Positions 1-6,599 of a DNA stretch of 14,390 nt are shown here, in pieces. This stretch comes from Candidatus Eiseniibacteriota bacterium (GTDB lineage: Bacteria > Joyebacterota > Joyebacteria > Joyebacterales > Joyebacteraceae), in NCBI GenBank assembly GCA_043819135.1, contig JBDRFG010000036.1:1-14390 (forward strand), read 5' to 3'. Position numbers and translations under genes: made by a program. Each line of letters opens with the position of its first letter. The stretch's first letter is position 1. The notes under the pieces are model-generated. The model was not told the origin of the DNA. It ran no database searches and was given only the letters and a program-made list of their open reading frames with translations.

Positions 1-138
1 ACCGACGCGCTGCTTCAGGCGGCCGGCAACGTCTCGATGGCCGCTCGCGCGATCGGTGTGAGCAGGCCCACGATGTACGACCTCATAAGGAAGCACGAAC
101 TGGATCTTTCCGAGTACAAGGGGCTCGGAGGGCCGTAG
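1..138 (+). CDS. 3' end of a sigma-54-dependent (NtrC-family) activator, Fis-type HTH; most similar to PEP-CTERM-box response regulator PrsR (partial, not in ORF track)
   Basis: Frame 1 reads TDALLQAAGNVSMAARAIGVSRPTMYDLIRKHELDLSEYKGLGGP* (TAG 136-138). GNxSxAARxxGVSRxTxY is the Fis/HTH_8 motif. SRPT(L/M)YDL is typical of PrsR, and a PEP-CTERM gene lies nearby. Confidence 0.8.
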   Translation, partial: TDALLQAAGNVSMAARAIGVSRPTMYDLIRKHELDLSEYKGLGGP

Positions 139-191
139 TGCAGGTCCAACGTGACGCCCGCCGTGCGAACGTACCCTACGACCCGGTGAGC

Positions 192-220
192 TTGACACGG
201 GAGCATGAGAGCCATAGAAT
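192..220 (+). promoter_or_regulatory. sigma-70-type promoter for the 358-2749 gene pair
   Basis: TTGACA (192-197), 17-nt spacer, TAGAAT (215-220). Confidence 0.75.
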
Positions 221-357
221 CGCCCTTTCGTGGCGTCCTCGGTGGGAGCGGGACGGGCGGCGCCATCGGAGTTCACGCAGACGATCGTATCTTGTGACAT
301 CTCAGTCCGCGTAACGGCCGACTGGATGTCTCGCGAAGTCACCCAAAGGAGAGCGAG

Positions 358-1116
358 ATGTTCCTGAGAGCAGTGGGAGCGCTCCTTCTTGTAGCCTTGG
401 CGGCCTTGTCTCCGTTTGCGGAGACCGCGTTCGCTGAGGGCCCTCGGGGCTCAGGCAGCGTTGTGATCACGTCTTCCCCTCCGGGGGCGGTGGTCGAGCT
501 GAGGGGAGAGCACGCTTACAGTGGCGTGACGCCGTGGAGGCTCGACAGAGGTCTGTCCGGCGTCTACGAGATCCGCGCTACGAAGACCGGCTACGCAGAC
601 TGGACGGGCAGCACGTCGGTGTCGGCCGGTCGCACCGATTCGCTCTTCATCCGCATGACCAGGAAGTCCCAGATGGCAACCGGGTTGCGCTCCGCGATAC
701 TCCCCGGCTGGGGGCAGTTCTACGCGGGGCAGACGCTGAAGGGCACTGTGTTCCTCCTGGCGGAGGCGGGCGCCGTGACGGGCGTCCTCATCATGGACTC
801 GAAGCGCGAGGACGCCATGCGTGAGCACGAACGCGCTATCAGGGCCTACAACTCCGCCGACCAGGTTGATGAGATCGAAGCGGCATACGACGAGATGCTC
901 AATGCGTTCGACGACGTCGAGCGCTGGCACGAGAATCGCAGGCGGTGGCTCTACGTTGCGGGAGCTGTCTGGATCGCCAACGTGCTCGATGCCACGCTGC
1001 TGGTCCCGAGCGACGGTGGCGGTCTTTTCGCCGGCCTGCCGGACCCCAACGAATCCGGTCTTTTCGCGGCAGTCGATGCGGACAGGACCGTGCTTGGATT
1101 CTCGGTATCGTTCTGA
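358..1116 (+). CDS. Secreted/membrane protein with PEGA domain and DUF5683-like region
   Basis: Signal peptide ending about AFA|E. PEGA-like ITSSPPGAVV...GVTP...GVYEIRATKTGY. RSAILPGWGQFY motif followed by hydrophobic helices and a helical charged segment. Ends TVLGFSVSF. SD AAGGAG upstream. Confidence 0.8.
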   Translation: MFLRAVGALLLVALAALSPFAETAFAEGPRGSGSVVITSSPPGAVVELRGEHAYSGVTPWRLDRGLSGVYEIRATKTGYADWTGSTSVSAGRTDSLFIRMTRKSQMATGLRSAILPGWGQFYAGQTLKGTVFLLAEAGAVTGVLIMDSKREDAMREHERAIRAYNSADQVDEIEAAYDEMLNAFDDVERWHENRRRWLYVAGAVWIANVLDATLLVPSDGGGLFAGLPDPNESGLFAAVDADRTVLGFSVSF

Positions 1117-1147
1117 CCGCAGACCCGATGTTGCCGGAGGTGATTCG

Positions 1148-2749
1148 ATGAAACGATATTTCACTGGAGCCGCGCTCTTTCTGGCCGTGCTCACGGGTCT
1201 GTCGGGCTGCCTGGGGAACATGGAAGTCCCTGGCCACAGCAACCCGCTGGACCCGTCGAACCCGAACACGGCCTCGGTCGAGCCGGACAGGCCCAGAGGA
1301 CTGACCGCTGTGATCTCCGACCGGCTGGTCGAACTCTCGTGGTCGGTGGGCGACGCATCGGCGATAGAGCACTACCGCGTTTATCGGTGGGAGGTGGAGG
1401 ACGAGGACGACGAGGACTACGAGCTTCTCGACACGACCACCGAGATGGAGTACGCGGACGGGGACGTGAAGAACGGGCAGGGGTACTACTACAAGGTGTC
1501 CGGCGTCAACGGCCTGGGTCTCGAGGGCGTGGCGTCTCGAGAGATAGTGGTCATTCCGCGCGTGTTCGGCGTGGCGATAAACCAGGGCAGCCCCAAGACG
1601 TCCTCCAGGAGCGTTACGCTCAGGATGTCCGCCTCGACGGGGACCGATATCATGCAGGTGTCCAACGCCGCTGACATGTCGGACGCGCAGTGGGAGCCGT
1701 ATCAGTCCAGCCGGTCGTGGTCTCTCGAGGCCGGCGACGGCGTGAAGACCGTGTACGCCAGGTTCCGAGACTCGGCCGACAACGAGTCCGCCGTCGTCAG
1801 CGACACCATTGAACTCGACACGAGGGCGGTCATCGAGTCGGTGACGGAGGACTCGGACGGCGAGGATCTGTCGACCGGGGACGTCATCCACTTCACACTG
1901 ACGACGGGAGAGCTCTACGGTGACGCCGCCGTGGATGTGGGGTCGGTCGTTCCCGGGATCACTCTCTACGACGACGGCACGGGCGGAGACGCGGTGCCGA
2001 ACGACGGTGTGTACGAGAGGGACTACACCATCGATCAGGGTGTGGAGGTCATCAACGGTCCCGTGACAGGGACCTTCCGGGACGAGGCGGGCAACCAGGC
2101 CGAGCCCGTGCTGGCGGACGGCACGGTCACGATCCTCGATCCTCCGGCGGCGGTCGTAATGGGCGCCCCGGTGCCGCTCTCGGAGAGCAGGATCGCGCTC
2201 TCGTGGTCGCGCAACAACGACTCGGACTTCTCGGTCTACAAGCTGTACCGATCGTACGTGCCCGGTGTAGATGAGTCCACGCAACGAGAGCTGATCGGGA
2301 ACTTCTCCGACCAGTCCAGCACCGATCACACCGACACGGGACTCGAGCCGGATTCAGCCTACTACTACGCCGTGTACGTCGTCGACCGCGCCGGATTGAC
2401 CAGTATCAGTAATGAGGTAGCAGCGGCCACACTGGTGAATCTGCCTCCCGATCCCGTCGTGCTGTACTCACCCTGGGCGGCAAGTTCCACCTCACTGGAG
2501 CTCAGCTGGTCCGTCAGTGATGCCGAGGACTTCGTGTACTACGAGCTGATAGGGTGGGTGCAGGATCCGCCTTCTCCGCCCGCGACGTCCGAAAAGAGGG
2601 TCATCACGCGGATCGAGACGAGGAGGGAAACCTTCTACACGCACGAGTCACTTGACGCGTCCATGGTCTACTGGTACGAGGTGGCCGTGATCGACTCGTT
2701 CGGCGCCGAGGTCCTTTCGAACACGGTCTCGGGGTCGCCGGCTCCGTAG
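1148..2749 (+). CDS. Lipoprotein (533 aa) with fibronectin type III repeats and a choice-of-anchor X-like domain
   Basis: ATG 1148 with GGAGGT SD. Lipobox LSG-C21. Three Fn3-like units (LSW...Y.VYR...Y.D...Y.Y.V). GDGVKTVYARFRD Ig-like unit. LYDDGTGGDAVPNDGVY motif. The ORF-track start at 821 overlaps the upstream gene and is rejected. Confidence 0.85.
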   Translation: MKRYFTGAALFLAVLTGLSGCLGNMEVPGHSNPLDPSNPNTASVEPDRPRGLTAVISDRLVELSWSVGDASAIEHYRVYRWEVEDEDDEDYELLDTTTEMEYADGDVKNGQGYYYKVSGVNGLGLEGVASREIVVIPRVFGVAINQGSPKTSSRSVTLRMSASTGTDIMQVSNAADMSDAQWEPYQSSRSWSLEAGDGVKTVYARFRDSADNESAVVSDTIELDTRAVIESVTEDSDGEDLSTGDVIHFTLTTGELYGDAAVDVGSVVPGITLYDDGTGGDAVPNDGVYERDYTIDQGVEVINGPVTGTFRDEAGNQAEPVLADGTVTILDPPAAVVMGAPVPLSESRIALSWSRNNDSDFSVYKLYRSYVPGVDESTQRELIGNFSDQSSTDHTDTGLEPDSAYYYAVYVVDRAGLTSISNEVAAATLVNLPPDPVVLYSPWAASSTSLELSWSVSDAEDFVYYELIGWVQDPPSPPATSEKRVITRIETRRETFYTHESLDASMVYWYEVAVIDSFGAEVLSNTVSGSPAP

Positions 2750-2750
2750 C

Positions 2751-2782
2751 GGGGCACACAAGGCGGGGGAACACAAGCCGGG
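2751..2782. repeat. Imperfect tandem repeat, period 15
   Basis: GGGGCACACAAGGCGGG (2751-2767) vs GGGGAACACAAGCCGGG (2766-2782), 15/17 identical. Confidence 0.5.
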
Positions 2783-2908
2783 CCACCCGCGCGAGAGGGG
2801 AGGGCCCGAGGACGGAACCAGTACCGGCGGGGTCCGGCCACGCGCAGCGGCGTGAGGTCGGGCTCCGCGCGTTTCCGACCGCGCCACGGGCGCCGCCGCC
2901 TCAAACTG

Positions 2909-2947
2909 AACTTCCCTCACACAACACCTCCACATGACTACCCCATA
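2909..2947. promoter_or_regulatory. Candidate enhancer (UAS) for a sigma-54 activator
   Basis: CCTCACA 2915-2921, CTCCACA 2928-2934 and CCCCATA 2941-2947 recur at 13-bp spacing, about 95-130 bp upstream of the predicted sigma-54 start. Confidence 0.3.
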
Positions 2948-3012
2948 AGCGCGGGAGCGGCCACTGGCAGCTTCCGCGGCGGTAATCCGCGCCCTCCTTT
3001 GCAACAAGCCTA

Positions 3013-3029
3013 TTGGCACAACTTGTGCA
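3013..3029 (+). promoter_or_regulatory. sigma-54 (RpoN) -24/-12 promoter
   Basis: TTGGCACAACTTGTGCA with GG 3015-3016, N10, GC 3027-3028. Consensus is TGGCACG-N4-TTGC. Predicted TSS ~3040. Confidence 0.7.
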
Positions 3030-3041
3030 TTCCCAGCAGTA

Positions 3042-3253
3042 CGACACAGTCTGTCGCGGCTGGCCAGGTGAGCCAGCCAGGAATTGAGATCAGGCGGGGT
3101 CAAGCGGGCATTCGAGAAGCCTCGGTCGCGCTGGACCGGTGAGACAACCCCCACGCGAGCCGGTCCTCGGGTCTTCCACTGTACTGGCAACCCCCTGTGC
3201 ACCTGTCCTCCTGCCCCGCCGATCTCTTCAAGGTGTGTTCGACAGAGCGACAC
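3042..3253 (+). ncRNA. Candidate structured 5' leader / ncRNA of unknown class
   Basis: Long closing stem 3086-3110 with 3204-3226 encloses three hairpins, two with CAACCCCC in the loop. Extra hairpins at 3042-3056, 3058-3078 and 3233-3253. Confidence 0.45.
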
Positions 3254-3264
3254 GAGGTGGGTAG

Positions 3265-5307
3265 ATGAGGAGATCCGTGAACGTGAGGATCGGCGCTGTG
3301 GCGGCCCTGGCTGCCGCTGTGGTCGTGTCTCTGGCTGTTCCTGACGCTCGGGCCGACGATGAAGGCACCAGGGACGTGACCGCCCATGTGCTCATCGGCG
3401 TCTCTCCCTCGGCGTCTTTCGGTGTGCTGGTCGACGGCGAGGCTCTGCCGGAGACCCCCGTCGAGTCGGACGCGCTCGGGATCCTCGAGTTCGCTGTCAA
3501 CGACGCTGCTCTGCCGCCGGGGTCGCACACGGTCTACTTCGCGCCTCCCGATACCCCTCCCGATCCTCTGGTACTTTCCGCCGTCGCAGTCGAGTCGGTC
3601 ACCACGTCGTCTGCCGTCATCTCGTGGCAGACGAACATCCCGTCGAACTCCCGTGTCCGGTACGGCCTCACCGACGGGTACGGTAATGACACCGGAGTGG
3701 ACCCGGGCATGGTGCTGACCCACAGAATGTCTGTTGAGGGCCTTGCTCCTGAGACGACCTATCACTGCATGGCGGTAAGCACCGACGGGTTCGGCAGAAC
3801 GTCGGATTCCGGCGACCTGACGTTCGAGACTGACCTCGCGCCACTGGAGATATCCGACGTGACAGTGTCGGCGGTGGGACCGACCTGGGCCGTCATTGAC
3901 TGGACGACCACACGGCCGGCCACGTCCACAGTCGAGTACGGTCTGACTGGTGGGTACGGGCAGGAGACCACGGAGGACATCCAGACGGTCGTCGATCACT
4001 CGGTGACGCTCACAGGCCTTCTTGACGGGACGCCGTACCACTTCCGCGTGCACTCCAGTGACGGCGACGGCCTCGAAGCGTCATCGCCGGATTCCACCTT
4101 CACGACCATGGACATCGAGCCGACCGGTCCCCCGATCATCACCGACGTCGAGGCGCTGGTGGAGTGCATCAACTCCGTCACCGTCGCGTGGAGCACGGAC
4201 CGTCCGGCCACCTCCCAGGTGCGGTACGGCACCAGGGAAACGCTGGATCTCTCGACGGAGGCAGACACCACTCTCGTTACGGAGCATGTCGTGTGTGTCG
4301 GGCCGGTGGCGCCGAGGCACGAGTACGCCTTTGTAGTGCTAAGCGCATGCGGTGCGGATACCTCGGAGAGCGTGGCGTCCGTCTTCGCTACGGAGCTTCC
4401 CGCCGCGTCCTTCGCGGCCGGCAAGGGCGTGACAATCGCGAGACCGGGCGTCGTCTGTGTGACGGAGACCACCGCAACGTTGGCGTGGTCGACCGATCGC
4501 CCGTGTACCACGTGGGTGGAGTACGACGTCGGCAAGGACTTCGGCAGCTGCAGCTTCCCGTCTCCGACCAGGGGATGGTCGTACGAGTCGACACTCGACG
4601 GTCTCGCTCCGGGCACTCTCTACTACTATAGAGTGTGCGCCTGGGACGAACTCGGAGGGGAGGTCTGTTCCGAGGAGAGCGAGTTCGTCACCCGCGAGGT
4701 TCTTGACCCGGACCCGCCCAACTCACCGGCAGGCCTGTCGGGCATCGTCGCCGACGGAGGAGTTCTGCTGGAGTGGCTCCCGTGTGCTGAAGACGACTTG
4801 CGTGGATACTTCGTATACCGGCTGCAGTCGGAGCGGCCCGGAGGGGAGATGAATCCGTTCGATATCGAACGCGCTGTCAGGCTGAACGACCTTCCATGGT
4901 CCGGCGTGAGCTACCTCGATGCGGACGTTGGAGAGCAGAGGGTCTACCTCTACGCTGTGAGCGCCGTTGACCACGCGGGCAACGAGAGCCCCGTGTCCGA
5001 GGCAGTGACCGTTCGCCTCGACGAGGAGTTCGGTGGGCTTCGGTTGACCATCCGGCCCAACCCCACGTTCGAGAGTGCGACGCTCGCTTACGTGGCAACT
5101 CCCGGTGCGCCCGTCAGCGCGCGGGTCTATTCCGCGAGCGGCAGGCTCGTGAGAGAGATCACACGTACGGCCGACGCGTCCGGGCAGGGCTCGCTCGTGT
5201 GGGACGGCAGGGATCCCTTCAACGTCCCGGTCGGAAGCGGCGTGTATCTTTGCGAGGTCGTGTCCGGCGGAGAAGTCGCTCGCCGCAAGCTTACCGTGTC
5301 GCGGTGA
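3265..5307 (+). CDS. Secreted multi-Fn3 protein with C-terminal FlgD-Ig / T9SS type A sorting-like domain
   Basis: SD GAGGTG and signal peptide ending ARA|D. Four W-x-T-x-x-P-x-x-[ST]-x-V-x-Y Fn3 repeats plus a fifth Fn3 (YAVSAVDHAGNES). Tail RPNP...VYSASGRLVR...WDGRD...GSGVY...RRKLTVSR. Confidence 0.85.
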   Translation: MRRSVNVRIGAVAALAAAVVVSLAVPDARADDEGTRDVTAHVLIGVSPSASFGVLVDGEALPETPVESDALGILEFAVNDAALPPGSHTVYFAPPDTPPDPLVLSAVAVESVTTSSAVISWQTNIPSNSRVRYGLTDGYGNDTGVDPGMVLTHRMSVEGLAPETTYHCMAVSTDGFGRTSDSGDLTFETDLAPLEISDVTVSAVGPTWAVIDWTTTRPATSTVEYGLTGGYGQETTEDIQTVVDHSVTLTGLLDGTPYHFRVHSSDGDGLEASSPDSTFTTMDIEPTGPPIITDVEALVECINSVTVAWSTDRPATSQVRYGTRETLDLSTEADTTLVTEHVVCVGPVAPRHEYAFVVLSACGADTSESVASVFATELPAASFAAGKGVTIARPGVVCVTETTATLAWSTDRPCTTWVEYDVGKDFGSCSFPSPTRGWSYESTLDGLAPGTLYYYRVCAWDELGGEVCSEESEFVTREVLDPDPPNSPAGLSGIVADGGVLLEWLPCAEDDLRGYFVYRLQSERPGGEMNPFDIERAVRLNDLPWSGVSYLDADVGEQRVYLYAVSAVDHAGNESPVSEAVTVRLDEEFGGLRLTIRPNPTFESATLAYVATPGAPVSARVYSASGRLVREITRTADASGQGSLVWDGRDPFNVPVGSGVYLCEVVSGGEVARRKLTVSR

Positions 5308-5329
5308 CGGCGAGGCGCTCGTCTCGCCG
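5308..5329 (+). terminator. GC-rich hairpin after stop codon (no U-tract; pause, stability or weak terminator)
   Basis: CGGCGAGGC-GCTC-GTCTCGCCG starts immediately after TGA. Confidence 0.4.
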
Positions 5330-5543
5330 CGCCTGAGCCGTCCCTTCGCCCGCCGTGATACCCGCGGCGAGGCTCCCGCCAGCCTTGAATTCCTCCACGA
5401 GGGCGCATGCAACCAGACATTCCGCGCCGCGGCTGGGTGTTGCGACACGCATCGTCGAGGGCGCTCCGGGGAGGACCAGTGGCTCCAAAGCTAGTGCTGT
5501 CAGGGAGTTAGGTCACTTCCTGTTAATACACAACTAATAAGAC

Positions 5544-5600
5544 TTGTCATTGTTATGCTCGTGTGATAGTATTGACAGTAGATGGGGAAAGTGACAGTAT
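5544..5600 (+). promoter_or_regulatory. Tandem sigma-70-type extended -10 promoters for the PEP-CTERM gene
   Basis: TTGTCA (5544-5549)-17-TAGTAT (5567-5572) and TTGACA (5572-5577)-17-CAGTAT (5595-5600). Each -10 is preceded by TGn. AT-rich tract upstream. Confidence 0.6.
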
Positions 5601-5633
5601 TGCGAGCGGGACCGCAATATCCGGAGGTGTGAG

Positions 5634-6404
5634 ATGAGGGCGATTCTGATACTTGCTGTTGTGATGTTGCTCGTTGGCACTACCGTACCCGCTGGGGCGT
5701 CGTTGCTCAGTGATCTGTTCGGTATCACGTTGTCGGTGAACGGGGCAGGTGCGTTCAACAATAACTGGGCACCGGTGACGTCGACGGCCGACTACTTCGT
5801 CGATGACAACTGGAGCACGTACTTCGCGCGGACGCCGCACGGCGGTGAGATGTTCGATATCGAGGCGATCTACTTCGACAACGACGCGAGTTTCGCCTAC
5901 ATGGCCGTCGTGACTTCGTTGCCCGTGCCGGTTGGCGCCTACTATCTCGGGGAGACGGTTCTTCCTGGTGACCTGGCTGTGAACCTCGGCGACGAGCAGT
6001 ACGACGTTGGCGTAGACATCGATGAGGGAACGGGTCAGGTGGCGGATGTGGGGCTGGGTGACTGGTATCAGTCGAGCGTCAATTTCATTGCTGAACTCGG
6101 GCCGACGCACTTCGACGGAGGCGTGCCTCTGGGGCTGGCCTCGATCAACTACTACGACTACGGACTGGTCGAGCGTGGCTACTCGACGTACGTGTTCGAG
6201 ATCACCGTCCCTAGGACCGCCTTCAAGAATCCCGCACACGGTGACGCGATCGGCCTCACCTGGTCGATGGGCTGCCGCAACGACGTCATAAGCCTTGACG
6301 GAACGTTCGACGGCGACACGGTCGTCCCCGAGCCTGCGACGATGCTGCTTCTGGGCTCCGGTCTCCTCGGCATGGTTGGCGCCGTCAGGAGACGCAGGAA
6401 GTAG
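5634..6404 (+). CDS. PEP-CTERM sorting domain-containing protein
   Basis: SD GGAGGT and signal peptide. C-terminus VPEPATMLLLGSGLLGMVGAVRRRRK (VPEP motif, TM helix, basic tail). Confidence 0.95.
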   Translation: MRAILILAVVMLLVGTTVPAGASLLSDLFGITLSVNGAGAFNNNWAPVTSTADYFVDDNWSTYFARTPHGGEMFDIEAIYFDNDASFAYMAVVTSLPVPVGAYYLGETVLPGDLAVNLGDEQYDVGVDIDEGTGQVADVGLGDWYQSSVNFIAELGPTHFDGGVPLGLASINYYDYGLVERGYSTYVFEITVPRTAFKNPAHGDAIGLTWSMGCRNDVISLDGTFDGDTVVPEPATMLLLGSGLLGMVGAVRRRRK

Positions 6405-6430
6405 AACGACACATCTCTGAGGAGACTTTG

Positions 6431-6465
6431 AGGAGCAGGGACGCGAGTGTCCCTGCTCCTTTCTT
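6431..6465 (+). terminator. Intrinsic terminator
   Basis: 12-bp perfect stem AGGAGCAGGGAC / GTCCCTGCTCCT followed by TTCTT. Confidence 0.8.
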
Positions 6466-6599
6466 GATGCGCCGGGCATGGCGCACGTGCAGACGCGGGC
6501 TCCCGTTGCCGCACGGCGCCGTTCGGAGCTGTGGCCGTGTGCACCCCGGGCGTGTATACTCAAACCTGCGGCCCGTTCCACCCAAGAGGGTGTGCACTC

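Noticed and set aside
821..1147. N-terminal extension of the lipoprotein ORF
   Set aside because: It overlaps the PEGA gene. The SD and signal peptide define ATG 1148. The extended starts at 6531, 9724 and 11137 were rejected for similar SD and domain-boundary reasons.
3185..3201. Second sigma-54-like site TGGCAACCCCCTGTGCA
   Set aside because: GG-GC spacing is 11, not the required 10. It would fit only if the C5 run were C4, and it is better explained as a hairpin loop of the structured leader.
3081..3231. 6S RNA, SRP RNA or a known riboswitch
   Set aside because: Multi-branch rather than rod with central bubble, no SRP GGAA domain IV motif, and no cobalamin/c-di-GMP/SAM/TPP core recognised by eye. 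A cmscan is still needed.
451..4616. Minus-strand ORFs 451-1269, 899-2329, 2648-3253, 3100-4053 and 3996-4616
   Set aside because: Shadow frames or Arg/Pro/Ala-rich low-information translations with no motifs.
6532..6560. GT4 promoter TGGCCG-17-TATACT
   Set aside because: Good -10 but only a 3/6 match at -35. Plausible, but too weak to list as a feature.
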